NCBI RefSeq assembly: GCF_006345805.1
Contig: NC_043013.1
Location: 10,478,001 to 10,542,000 of the forward strand
DNA length: 64,000 nucleotides
Source of the DNA: Octopus sinensis
Taxonomy: Eukaryota
Reading direction: 5' to 3'
The notes under the pieces were generated by a model. It was not told the DNA's origin, searched no databases, and saw nothing but the letters and a program-made list of their open reading frames with translations. This document shows, one piece after another, positions 27,751 to 41,049 of this stretch. The translations under genes and the position numbers were made by a program. Numbering within the stretch: position 1 is the first letter of the stretch; every line of letters starts with the position of its first letter.

Positions 27751-28879
27751 TATACATGCATAACACCCATACACACACACACATTCTCGAGCCGGTGTTT
27801 TTTTTTTGCCCTGCCTTTGACCAGCTCAGTCATGCTTGTCTGTGCTTCTCGGTATGTCTTTCCCGTGGCTGCCGTCCTTTGGGAGATCTACTTTCATTTC
27901 TCCTTTGCGTTACTCAGATAGCTCTCTTTAACAGCGGTAAGGCTCTTTGTGTTGTATATGTATAATATTTTTTTTTATTGCGTACGTACAATTATTATAT
28001 TATTTTAACTTGTCTTGTATGTTTTTGTCCTTGTCTTATACGTTCGTTAGCTATTCCAAGTAGCTTTCTGCTCGTGCGCTCCCAAGTGTGAGTGCTATCA
28101 ATGTAAAAAGCGCGAAACCACTATGATCTCTTGGACATTAACTGATGAGGAATCAGCTGCGAATTTTCCGTGTACTATGATCTTGTCAAATTTTCAGTTT
28201 ATGTTTTTGTTAAATTTTCTTTTTGTTGTGTTCGCTTTTTTTAATAACACTGTATAACAATCGGGAAAAATGGAAATGAGGATAACTCTTTCTAGGAGTA
28301 TATTGGGTATAGATCTCGAATATGTTATCCGTTTCTTTCAGTGACCTGCAATTTTTTCGTAAATTACCGTCTTACGTTAAATGCTCTGATAGTTCTGTAA
28401 GAATTGAGTGCAAACAGGATTGGGCCGAAATTGATAACTCTAAAAGTTATGAACGGATTTTGATATAATTTTAATGGGGTATTCCTAAAGTATTTGGCAA
28501 CCTGACCTGTGGAAATTATAAAAGTAAACTTAATATTTTTATAGTTCTACACATCTATATCTGTGGTGGCTCTTACGTAATGCTTGATAATTTTGTGACT
28601 TACTATAAATGTTCCTATTTTTACTTTTTAATTTAATATTTTTCTTGCTGTTGTTTTTTATATTGGAACAATGGAACCTGTTTGATAAAGATTCTTGAAT
28701 TACAGTATTCTGGAAGCGTTCTGCGGATCAACAGCGATTCTTCACATTGAAAAACAAATTGAATTATTGTAATGATACCAGAGACGTATTCAATGTATAT
28801 TATACAAACACACACATACACACACATATATATATATATATACAGAGACACACACACACGCATATATATATATACATAG

Positions 28880-29019
<140 letters not shown>

Positions 29020-29020
29020 A

Positions 29021-30305
29021 CGAGGGGCGTTCAATAAGTAATGCCTCAGTCCCACTTGCCTTTGTTTGATCTAGCTGTATCTGCATGTGCACTCATTGAT
29101 ATCTTTATAGATGAAGTGGCAAATTACAGCTCCGAACGAATTGTGGTTTCTGATTTACAGGTGTTTGAAATGAGTCAAGTGGGAAATGGAGCATGTTGAG
29201 TGGCGAGCAGTGATCCGGTTTTTGTATTTGAAATGACGCACACCACAGGAGACTTTTAATGAAATGAAAGTAACTTATGGTGATGATGCCCCATCATATG
29301 ACCTTGTAAAACGCTGGCATCGTGAATTCAAACATGGTCGGAACTCTGTGGAAACAGCTCCCAGATCTGGTCGCACCCCTTCTGCGATTGATGAGGCATC
29401 TGTCCGTCAAGTTGAGGCTGCCATTTTGGAAGATCGACGCATAACTATTCGCCAAATAGCCCATGAGGTCAAGATTAGTACCGGGTCTGTGGAAACTATC
29501 ATTCATGACCATTTGCATATGCAAAAGGTGTCTGCCAGATGGATTTCCAGGTTGCTCACACTTTTTCAGAAGCAAGAACGCAAGAATTCCAGAAGCAAGA
29601 ATTTAGGGATGTGCCAAGAAGATGAGTCAAAATTTTTCAAAAGACTGATTACACAGGATGAGACCTGGGTCCATCACTAGGATCCAAAGACCAAAGCCCA
29701 GTGAATGCAGTGGAAGCACCATGACTCACCTCCTCCAAAGAAGGCAAGGGTGCAGCCCTCCGCTGGCAAGGTCATGCTCACAGTCTTCTGGGACCAGGAC
29801 GGAGTAGTGATGACAGATTTCCTGGCAAAGGGTACCACAATTACAGGAGCCTATCATGTTTCACTTTTGAGGAAATTAAGAGAAGCTATCGAAACCAAGA
29901 GGCGGGGCAAGATCAGCAAAGGTATCCTCCTCCTGCAGGACAACGCTCCGGTCCACAACTCGCGTGTCGCCAAATCAGAAGCACAGGCGTGCGGCTATGA
30001 ACTCTTCCTCCATCCCCCTACTCTCCTTGCACCCTCTGATTTTCACCTCTTCCCAGGCATGAAGTGGTTTTTGAAAGGAAAGCGTTTCCCAGATGATGCA
30101 GCCTTGATTTCTGAAGTCACGTCGTGGTTGGAGGACCAAGCTGGGGTCTTCTACGAAAACGGTCTCCAGAACTGGATCAAACGATGGGAGAAATGCGTAC
30201 CTCTGGGTTGTTCCTATGTAGAAAAAGACTAATACCTGTGCCAAGTTTCGTTGCTCTACTGCTATGGGAAGTGGGTCAGGGGCATTACTTATTGAACGCC
30301 CCTCG
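29021..30305 (+). mobile_element. Full-length mariner (D34D) transposon, 1285 bp, inserted in (TA)n
   Basis: TA|cgaggggcgttcaataagtaatgcc ... ggcattacttattgaacgcccctcg|TA: 25-bp perfect TIR, extending to 37 bp with 3 mismatches. Confidence 0.97.
29186..30232 (+). pseudogene. Mariner transposase pseudogene (irritans-like)
   Basis: Single frame from ATG 29186 with in-frame stops at 29234, 29678 and 29702. Motifs RSGRTP, WISRLL (WVPxxL), QDETW, QDNA and LAPSDFHLF. YSPDL is damaged by a net 6-nt loss, so D-D spacing is 32 instead of 34. Confidence 0.95.
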
Positions 30306-30327
30306 TAATATATATATATATATATAG

Positions 30328-30777
30328 GTAAACAGTAAAAATAATTACAGACATGGACAAGAACATGAAACACCACAGAGACGACACAAGAACCACAGGA
30401 CGGGACATTCGAAGCCCTCAGTCATCAGTCAAGAACCAGATCATCTTAGCAATTTCGGCTGATTAATCTTGAGATTGCTCCGATATGGCCAGCCAGCCAA
30501 GGGAAATCTAAGCCAAGCGCATTAGATCCCCTGGAAGAAAGCTTCGAATGTATACAACGCGAGGACGGAAAACGAACGAAGTACATAAACAAAAATACAG
30601 AATACGTGACACCAATAAGAATACAAAAACGTAAAAACAATAACGGTAAAAATAAAAATAAAAAATAAACAACAAAACAAAACCAGGACGTAGGACAAGG
30701 GTCTTTCGACAGGACGAGTTGAGTATGGGGCTGGCTTGTGAAGTTGTGCCTAATGGCACGGGAGACGAACAAATACG
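30328..30777 (-). mobile_element. Truncated dispersed copy of the 778-bp repeat unit at 61889-63570
   Basis: Near-identical to 61889-62338, same end against (TA)n, and (TA)n on both sides. Confidence 0.9.
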
Positions 30778-30861
30778 TGATATATATATATTATAATATA
30801 TATATATATAATATATATATATATATATAGTATATTATATATATATATATGTATATATATA

Positions 30862-31276
30862 TACTCTTTACTCTTTACTCTTTTACTTGTTTCAGTCCTT
30901 TGACTGCAGCCATGCTGGAGCACCGCCTTTAGTCGAGCGAACTCGACCCCGGGACTTATTCTTTTTTTGTAAGCCCAGTACTTATTCTATCGGTCTCTTT
31001 TGCCGAACCGCTAAGTAACGGGGACATAAACACACCAGCATCGGTTGTCAAGCAATGCTAGGGGGACAAACACAGACACACAACAAACACACATACATAT
31101 ATATACACATATATACGACAGGCTTCTTTCAGTTTCCGTCTACCAATCCACTCACAAAGCATTGGTCGGCCCGGGGCTATAGCAGAAGACACTTGCCCAA
31201 GATGCCACGCAGTGGACTGAACCCGAAACCATGTGGTTGGTTAGCAAGCTACTTACCACACAGCCACTCCTGCGCC
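30862..31276 (-). mobile_element. SINE family A copy, full length
   Basis: Matches the family throughout. Confidence 0.92.
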
Positions 31277-31286
31277 TATATATATG

Positions 31287-31320
<34 letters not shown>

Positions 31321-31333
31321 TTATATATATATC

Positions 31334-31365
<32 letters not shown>

Positions 31366-31384
31366 ATATATATCTATATAATAT

Positions 31385-31416
<32 letters not shown>

Positions 31417-31438
31417 ATCTATATATATACTATATATT

Positions 31439-31543
<105 letters not shown>

Positions 31544-32559
31544 TGCAGGCGTCGCTGTGTGGTAAGAAGGTCTTACCAATACATAGTTCCAACAAAACCT
31601 TGGAGAAAGGAAGGTTTGAACGCAGAAAAAATCAATTTATTTATATCATATCGCCTACATTCGGTTTCAATTTCTTACCTTCATTCATATTTTGCCAATA
31701 AGATTGCATTATGCATTTAAAAGGTAAAAATCTCTTCAGGGCAAAAATTAACATAAGTTCATTCCCATCCTAATGGATGGCGAGTTGCTTACCAACTGAA
31801 ATAGCAGCATGCGCTTGTGTGTTTGTTTGTGTCAACATGTGTGTCTTTTGGATTCCTTTCTAAAAATAGCTTGAGGTTAAACTACGACCACAGTGGACAA
31901 TGGCTAGTTGTTGTTTTGAAGAACTAGGTTATGCTATCATTACACTTAATGGAATTTCGATCGGTTTTTATAGGCAGACTACCTTTCCTTTGAAAAGAAT
32001 GAAAATAAAAACACATACATTAGCAAGAATCCAAATCAATATATTTAACTTCTACTTTTTAGTTGTGAGATTTTCAATTCTTATTACAATTTTTATTTAC
32101 TTATATGCATAAGTCTTCTTTCGTGATAATTTAGGTTATGATATATATCAATTAATTTCTATTTATATTTAATGAGGGTATGATTCTGTATGTATCACAT
32201 GTATAGAGTTAGTTTATTAATAAACTGTGAGGTTACATTTGATTTTAATGTTGCATCCTGTTTATTTTAATTTTTATCATTCATGGAGTGTTTATTTACA
32301 TATAAATTATTATATATATATATATACCTATATATGTGCACACACGCATATATATTTATTTTCCCTCATGAATGTAAGAATTATTTGATATAATTGTTAA
32401 ATAATTTGTTATGATACTTCAACAGATAGTGAGGGTTTCAATGAGTTTTCCTTCATTTGATTAATATAGAACCATTAGTTCTAGATATTTATTTATTCAC
32501 ATAGTGCCTGTTTCATTATATTTATTTGGAATTACTAGACGTATATCTATTCCAATAAT

Positions 32560-34260
32560 GTCTATTCAATTTTATTCATTTTAATTTATTAGATATGTAT
32601 TTAATAGTATGTAAACAAGAAAAACCTCTTTCTCTTTTATTTTTGCTTAATTTCTGCTTGGCTGTAATGATCTGGAAAATCTCCTCAACGCTTAAGTCAC
32701 ACCTTTTGCTTCCAGTGTTATAAACTTTTTTTACCTGCTAATTACTTCCCATTTCAGTGTATATTTTGTTCTTAATTTCCCAAATTAATCTACTTAAACT
32801 AGTGCTATCTTCATTCTTCTTATGTCTAAAAGTGCTTTCATGGTTGGCTATTCTGCTTTTTATATAATTTCCTGTGGAGCTTCTACTATAGTAATCCTGA
32901 TCACCAGACATTACTTTACACCCATATATTATACATTTTTCTCTACAAAAATTTCTTAATGGACATCTATTTTAATTTTTTTAAATATAATCATAGATAG
33001 GTCTTATTCGCAGGACCTTTCGCTGCTTCCTTATTACAAATTCTATGCTTAGTTTTCACGTTTTCAGGGTTATTTTATTTATGTTTATATCTCATGTATA
33101 TTTCTTCTCAACTAATGACTTATCTTCTTCCATTTTCATATTCTTTTTAATATTTATATTCTAACTTATTTTATGTTTGTTGTTGTCACTATAAGTATCA
33201 GCATATATACTCTTTTACTCTTTTACTTGTTTCAGTCATTTGACTGCGGCCATGGTGGAGTACCGCCTTTAGTCGAGCAAATCGACCCCGGGACTTATTC
33301 TTTGTAAGCCCAGTACTTATTCTATCAGTCTCTTTTGCCGAACCGCTAAGTGACGGGGACGTAAACGCACCAGCATCGGTTGTCAAGCAATGCTAGGGGG
33401 ACAAACACAGACACACAAACATATACACACACTTATATATATATATACATATATACGACGGGCTTCTTTCAATTTCCGTCTACCAAATCCACTCACAAGG
33501 CATTGGTCGGCCCGGGGCTATAGCAGAAGACACTTGCCCAAGATGCCACGCAGTGGGACTGAACCCGGAACCATGTGGTTGGTTACCAAGCTACTTACCA
33601 CACAGCCACTCCAACATTAACGGTTTTGTTATCATTATTGTGATTACTACATTTATTTATTTTCGTCTTTGTACGCTGTAAGTTTATATTTTTCGACCTT
33701 AGTGGGGAGAATTAAGGGTTACTTCCCTTTCTTCATTGGTTGTTATTTCCTACTATCGTTATGATCTTCGACATTTTGTTCGTTAAGTAAACCATTTGCA
33801 TTTTTCTTACTCTTGTTATTATAAAAATCATTTAATTTTTTTTTTTTTTGCATTTAATGCAGATAAAATTTGTGCAATGTTTTCGAAACTCAAAAACCCG
33901 CCCTTAATTTGTGCGCGTTTATTATTTTGCAATATTTGTTTTCTTTTGACAAGTGTTTACATACCGCTTTGTAAAATAGTTTCACTATATTTGTTCTAAT
34001 TTGTTTTGTAAATGGTATTATGAACCATGCTACATTATTTTCATCGTAATTCTTTTTAGAGTGAATTTCCTGGAGGTTAATTACTTTCACACAAAGGGTG
34101 TAGTGTTTTACAGAATTGTTATGCATATTAGAGTTAATGTTCTCAATTACTACCTGTTTTTTTTATTATTACTTGTCCTATTTGGGTTTTTATTTAAGTA
34201 GTCGCAATTAGTGCTTGGTTTTTGGATTTCTATTCCAAAAGAGAATTATTAAACCTTCTC
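32560..34260 (-). pseudogene. Penelope-like element 3' remnant (RT-EN linker plus GIY-YIG endonuclease), split by a SINE
   Basis: Minus translation: NNVAWFIIPFTKQIRTNIVKLFYKAVCKHL (cf. IIWFNPPFSKNVKTNIG), then RCPLRNFCREKCIIYGCKV...IKSRIANHESTF...STSLSRLIWEIK...LKWEVI...NTGSKRCDL. Confidence 0.75.
33209..33612 (-). mobile_element. SINE family A copy nested in the Penelope remnant
   Basis: Matches the family throughout. Confidence 0.92.
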
Positions 34261-34470
34261 TCCAAAATTTATGAGTCCTTATTACGTGCAATGTGTACAT
34301 GTGTGTGTGTGCATGTGTGTGTGTGCGTGTGTGCATGTGTGTGTGTGCGTGTGTGTGTAAAGATAAGATCTAAGGGTCAAGGGGAAAGTAGTTAATGAGA
34401 TTTAAGCAGTCACCAGAAGCAACTTTCAGGAACAATAGTGGGTTCTTAACACAGAATGCTGTGATATATA

Positions 34471-34520
<50 letters not shown>

Positions 34521-34522
<2 letters not shown>

Positions 34523-35025
34523 TACATGGAAAAATGCGAGGATGAAAAGTCATATTCTTAAGATTATAAACCTGGAAAAGTACAAGACAAGTTATTACAC
34601 CTGTAACAGTATAGGACAAGCTACTACTTCTAGTAAAGTAAAGAATAAACTTTTTACTTAAAATATTGCAGCAAAGAATGCCAGTTCTTCTAATTTATCA
34701 CTCTTTACAGTTCTCATATTTTAGATTTTTTGTACGAAACTGTTCGGTTAATTTGTAAGTTTGTTTAATTAGTCACTATTTTTCTGCATTTGAGGTAGTA
34801 AATTAGCCAGATTCTACTTAAATAAATATAATGTGATTTGTAAATTATAACAAAATAAGTTTTAATATTCAAATTTTAATTTTAGCAGCAATATTTTAAG
34901 TAAAAATGTCTTATTCTTTACTTTACTAGAAGTGATAGCTTGTCCTATACTGTTACGGTGGTAATAACTTGTCCTGTACTGTACCATTTTTCCATGTAAT
35001 CCGTGATTTTTCCAGGCATTGATGT
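34521..35025. mobile_element. Fold-back/MITE-like element with about 95-bp inverted arms
   Basis: 34578-34672 (agtacaagacaagttattac...aatattgc) is the diverged reverse complement of 34885-34980. Confidence 0.65.
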
Positions 35026-35596
35026 TACAAGATAATTCATAGTGTGTCAATTAATAATTTATGATTTTACACAATAAAATTTTGAAAGATTATATTTCAA
35101 TTTTTTCATGTAAGTGATGATAATATTTCAATTTTTTTCGTGCTTAATTTAAATATATGTTGTGATTGAATTATTTGATATTACCCATCCACACCAAATT
35201 AATGGTAGGGATTTTTACTATGTTGTTGGTTGCAACTTGGCTCAACATAACTTACAAACAAGACCCCAAAACCGTCAGTTACTATGCTCAACTTACGTAA
35301 CCTAATTTTGCGGTATTGGGAGGCCACAAGAATTCATTCAACGAAAAAAAAATTTCCAATGATTCCGGGATTCGGAGGAGTACCCACTTCATTCTTTCCG
35401 AACCAAAATAAGGGATTTGCAGCATATTAGAAGGTTATGGTACTTGATTCCACGCAAAAAATCTACGGTTCCTATTTCTAGCAAAGGCGGTTCTCACTGC
35501 ACCCATGTTACTCTTAATGACGGTGAATTATACACACACACACACCACACACACACACATATATATATGTATATATATATTTGTGTGTGTGCATAT

Positions 35597-35619
<23 letters not shown>

Positions 35620-35644
<25 letters not shown>

Positions 35645-36456
35645 ATGCATATGTATATATATAATTATGTATGTATGTATATACATGTACATGCACACTC
35701 ATACATACGTACGTACATGCATACTATATACATACATATATATTTGTGTGTAGAGAGAGAGAGACGGGGAGACAGGTAGGAGAATGAAGGTGTGTTCTTA
35801 GAGTTTAATCTCACAACGATTTGATGACTTTTCAACAGAAAACGGACATCTTCCAGCGATGAATAAATTATGTAAGAGTTATAAATATGATGCATCGAGT
35901 ACGTAATTAAGAGAATTCCTCTTTCTATGCGTGTTTTTAATTTCTGCAGAATGACCAGATTTTGTATATATATGAATCTGAGTGTTGTTCGCGTGCTTGT
36001 GTGTGTGTGTGCGTGTGCGTGTATGTGTGTGTGCGTGTGTATGTGTGTGTGCGTGTATATGTGTGTGTGTGTGTGTGTATGTGTTTACATGGGTGGATAT
36101 GTATTTGCTTCTTTGTGCATGTTAGTGTGATCAAACACAGATATATACACGTGCATGCGCGAACATTTCTCCCATCATTAGATAAAATAAATATACCGGA
36201 AACTACTAAAATGAACATTTCCGGTTAGGGATAAAATATGGCATATATTCTGTTGGGCCCAATTTATACACGGCTAATTACAATAATTTACACATGCCGT
36301 TTGGTGAATATTTATATTTCACCTATGCCCATTTATTTCTGTTTCTGTGCGAACTAATGAACGTTTGAATAATTTAAGTAAATTCATTATGGTGGTGAGT
36401 TTGAATCATTATGGTCGTTCAGTGCATTAGTTTGATAAAGATTTTAACATTATCTT

Positions 36457-36505
<49 letters not shown>

Positions 36506-37315
36506 ATGCATATGTATATATATAATTATGTATGTATGTATATACATGTACATGCACACTCATACATACGTACGTACATGCATACTATATACATACATAT
36601 ATATTTGTGTGTAGAGAGAGAGAGACGGGGAGACAGGTAGGAGAATGAAGGTGTGTTCTTAGAGTTTAATCTCACAACGATTTGATGACTTTTCAACAGA
36701 AAACGGACATCTTCCAGCGATGAATAAATTATGTAAGAGTTATAAATATGATGCATCGAGTACGTAATTAAGAGAATTCCTCTTTCTATGCGTGTTTTTA
36801 ATTTCTGCAGAATGACCAGATTTTGTATATATATGAATCTGAGTGTTGTTCGCGTGCTTGTGTGTGTGTGTGCGTGTGCGTGTATGTGTGTGTGCGTGTG
36901 TATGTGTGTGTGCGTGTATATGTGTGTGTGTGTGTGTATGTGTTTACATGGGTGGATATGTATTTGCTTCTTTGTGCATGTTAGTGTGATCAAACACAGA
37001 TATATACACGTGCATGCACGAACATTTCTCCCATCATTAGATAAAATAAATATACCGGAAACTACTAAAATGAACATTTCCGGTTAGGGATAAAATATGG
37101 CATATATTCTGTTGGGCCCAATTTATACACGGCTAATTACAATAATTTACACATGCCGTTTGGTGAATATTTATATTTCACCTATGCCCATTTATTTCTG
37201 TTTCTGTGCGAACTAATGAACGTGTGAATAATTTAAGTAAATTCATTATGGTGGTGAGTTTGAATCATTATGGTCGTTCAGTGCATTAGTTTGATAAAGA
37301 TTTTAACATTATCTT

Positions 37316-37330
<15 letters not shown>
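35620..37330. repeat. Near-perfect tandem duplication, period about 860 bp, with (TA)n junctions
   Basis: 35637 onward recurs at 36498 with only a few differences. Confidence 0.92.
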
Positions 37331-37358
<28 letters not shown>

Positions 37359-37394
37359 TTGTGTGTGTGCATATATATATATATATTATATATA

Positions 37395-37448
<54 letters not shown>

Positions 37449-38499
37449 GGGCTTGTGCGTATGTGTTTGTGCGTGCGTTTGTACGTATGTGAGCGTATAT
37501 GAGTGTGCACGCTGGTTTGTTTGATTTTTAATCAGATAGGCGACTCTAGTTAGGAGCAGATCAAAGGTAATTTTAATAGTTTAGCAAATAAACGGAAGGT
37601 ATACTCAATATGTTCAATAATGATAATCAGTGAAGCATTAAGCTTTAAAAGTGTAGGTTACTATAATATTCTTTTTCGAACCAATGACTGAGCATCTATG
37701 TGATCGCTTGACATGCTAGAAAAACAGTGGAAGTTTCTATCAAATTTCAGCCCACTGTCTAAATCAGGCATGCGCAAACGTACGTGGGTCACATGAGACT
37801 TGGCTCATCATCAGGCAAGCAGCAATATTAAAGCTGTTCATGATAACTTTTTATAAACAGTGTCAATCATAAAGTCCTGTGGGCCGCAGCTTGCCCTAGA
37901 TAAGTCTGGATAATATGGTGTTAGTGTTAAATATATTTATAAAATATGGTATGGTCACGGCTCTACTACCTTTCATTATCGTTCTGCTCCATCGAAGATG
38001 TCTCGTAGCAAAAAAAAAAAAAACAGAAATATATTTTATCTTTTACTTGTTTCAGTCATTGAAATGCGACCATGAAAGCAAATTGTCTCAAGTAATTTTT
38101 TTTAAACTCTGGTACCTAATCTCTCAACTGCTATTTGTTCTTTACATTCAGGGTAAACCAGGTAACTAGATCTACAAATCCCGGCACTCGAGACTACTTA
38201 CGTGGAAAGCAAATTGCTGAGATTGGGTTTATTTCAGAAAAATGCCTATGAAGATACGTCAATTTATAACTTTATTAACATCAAAAATAGTACACATCTA
38301 GTACATATTTCATTGACACAAAAGAGATAGAAGGCAAAGTGAACGTTGTCAGAAATCGAACTCAGAATGTAAAGCTGTAAGATATATTGCTTAGCATTTT
38401 GCCCGAGGTGCTAACGAATAAACCAGCGCACTTTTCAACTTTGGTGAGTGTTAATGAAGTGCTTGTGTATTTGTCTTTGTATCTTACCACAGCTGCAGA

Positions 38500-38643
38500 A
38501 CATATACTTTGTAAGCCTAATGCTGGTTCTATTAGTTTCTTTTGCTGAACTGCTACGTCATGGGGATGTAAACATACCAACATCGGTTTTCACGCTTTGG
38601 TGGGGGAACAAGCACAGATACAAAAACAAATACACACACTCGC

Positions 38644-38696
<53 letters not shown>

Positions 38697-38840
38697 AATA
38701 CGCGGAATTTTCTTAGTTTTCGTCTAACAAATCCACTCACAAGGCGTTGGTCGGACCGAGAGTAAAACACACTTACCCTAGGTGCCACGCAGTGGAACTG
38801 AACCTGGAACCACGTGGTTAGAAACCAAGCTCCTTACCAC
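38500..38840 (-). mobile_element. SINE family A copy, diverged
   Basis: Family motifs ggtgccacgcagtgg and ccactcacaaggc. Confidence 0.8.
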
Positions 38841-38849
38841 AATTCATTT

Positions 38850-39580
38850 CTTTTGTTCAGACTATTGGTGTCTTGAGTCAGAAATCTCAGTTTTTTTACC
38901 TTTCTAAAGCTCCCGTTCCTCTAAGGTTTCGCATTATCGACAACAGACCAGTTAATTTTAATGTCGTAAGGACTTGTCTCACGCAAGAACCATGTAAACT
39001 TCAACAAAGCCGTAGCACACTTTCTGTCAAGGCTGACAAATGAATGTTTATGCTTGTTATAACGGTTTTTGATTGTGAGTTCCGTTGTACCAATATATGT
39101 TTTATGTCGCTGACTACTGTTTGCACTATATACTATCGATTTTGCCAGACATTTACTGACTTTTGGACATTACTTACGAATACTAAAGTTGCATGATACA
39201 AACAGCATGCCAACGAGGCTTAATGTTTGCATCGATAGTCTATTCCGAATCACGGTATTATAACTTTTGATATAACACCCGAAATGTTTGCAAACAGAAT
39301 AGTTGACCTTAACGCTGTTCCTCTTCAATATCTTTCTAAACTTATGCCCTGGCGGGAAATGGTAGTTTATTAAATTAAGAAATTATTTTGCAATCTTAGT
39401 GGTTACTGCTAGGCTAAATACTGGATTGGACCATAAAATATTCCTTTTCCTCTTCGTATTCCTTCACTGGGTATTCCCCGTGTTTATATATATCTAATCT
39501 TATCAGAGATCCCAGCATTTCTAAGTGCCTAGTTATACTACTCAGCTGCACATATAAAAGCATCTTCATAATTTATCATA
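38850..39580 (-). pseudogene. Second Penelope-like element remnant (linker plus GIY-YIG)
   Basis: Minus translation: RNILWSNPVFSLAVTTKIAK*FLNLINYHFPPGHKFRKILKRNSVKVNYS...CPKVSKCLAKSIVYSANSSQRHKTYIGTTELTIKNRYNKHKHSF...IKINWSVVDNAKP. Confidence 0.85.
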
Positions 39581-39741
39581 TATAAGTATGTACATTTGTG
39601 TCTATGATTGTCCCCAGTAGAAGATATTTGCCTAAAGTGCCATGCAGTGGGACTGAACCCGGAACCATGTGGTTGAGAAGCAAGTTTCTTACTACACAGC
39701 CTCTCCTACGCCTATAACGTATTATTTGTTATCTCTGGTGA

Positions 39742-39793
<52 letters not shown>

Positions 39794-40060
39794 ATATATA
39801 TAGATATATATATATATATTTGGTGGGATTTAGTCGGCCCGATACTATAGAACAAGACACTTACCCAAGGTACCAAGGATTGGAAGTGAACCCTACCATG
39901 TCAATGGGAAGTTTCTTACCGATCAGTCATGCCTGCCCTAAGCAACTATCACATTTTCTTTTAAATTATCTTTGTAAATCACCCTCTAATTTCTTCTATT
40001 CAATTGTGTCTCTCTCCTCTCTCTTACTCTCTCCTTCTCCATCTATCTATCTATCTATCA

Positions 40061-40094
<34 letters not shown>

Positions 40095-40740
40095 TTGCAC
40101 ACACACACAAACATCCACACACCTGTGTGTGTTTATATATACGTATATATGCATATATAGATAGATAGACAGAGAGAAAGAGGGAGAGAGAGGGAGAGAG
40201 GGAGAGAGAGAGAAAGAGTGAGTTTAAGAGAGAAAGAGTGAGTTTAAGAGAGAAAGAGAGAGGGAGATAGAAAAAGTGAGTTTAAGAGAGAGAGAGAGAG
40301 AGAGAGAGAAAGAAAGAAGCAGACACACGGATCACAGCTGTGCCACTTTGGCAAAAAAACTTTCAGCTTCACTGATTTTGCTGACTTAAGTTGTAGGGAT
40401 TTCTTTGAAAGTTTCTGATTTTTTACAAGGACGGCTGTTGTCCTTGCTTATATTGATGTTTTCTTACTTTTTTTTTGTTTTTAGTATATATGTGTTTCTC
40501 TATTGTTGTGCTCTTTGGTGGGGTTCCATGGCGAAAGGGAAGCGCAAAAAGTAGAAAGATTTGGCGATAGATGAAGGTAGTGTGCGGGAATATGAATGAA
40601 AGAATGTCATTTTGAAGTAAGAGTGAAGAGATAGTGACAGAACGAAAGAAAGATACACGGATATATATATTGCCCTCTTATGCACGGACGCGCTTACAAA
40701 TACGCAGCACACGCACAGTCACATACATGTATATATATAT

Positions 40741-41039
40741 ATCACATCACTGACCAAACCGTCAGATGTTGTTACACATCGCTGGTCACAATGCGTTTGC
40801 ATTGTTTTAGCCTTCAAATGACGCCATCCCGCTGGCTAAGCGAGCAGGCCAACAGAAGAAAGAGTGAAAGAAAGAGTGGTGAAAGAGTACAGCAGGGGTC
40901 ACCACCCCCTGCCGGAGCTTCGTGGAGCTTTAAGGTGTTTTCGCTCAATAAACACTCACAACGCCCGGTCTGGGAATAGAAACCGCGATCCTACGACCGC
41001 GAGTCCGCTGCCCTAACCACTGAGCCATTGCGCCTCCAC
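40741..41039 (-). mobile_element. SINE family C, tail variant 2
   Basis: Head gtggaggcgcaatggctcagtggttagggcagcggactcgcggtcg is shared with 19850-20152; the 3' half differs. Confidence 0.85.
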
Positions 41040-41049
41040 ACACACTTTT

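Noticed and set aside
28080-28180. Two further degenerate HHR-like motifs (gcgcGAAAC; CTGATGAggaa...ttcc)
   Set aside because: Each lacks one of the two core boxes; too decayed to support.
30446-30772. ORFs repeated at 62009-63415
   Set aside because: Incidental frames in the 778-bp repeat, with length varying between copies by indels and no RT or nuclease motifs.
37765-37900. Possible hAT MITE (caggcatgcgcaaac...)
   Set aside because: Right TIR and 8-bp TSD not identifiable.
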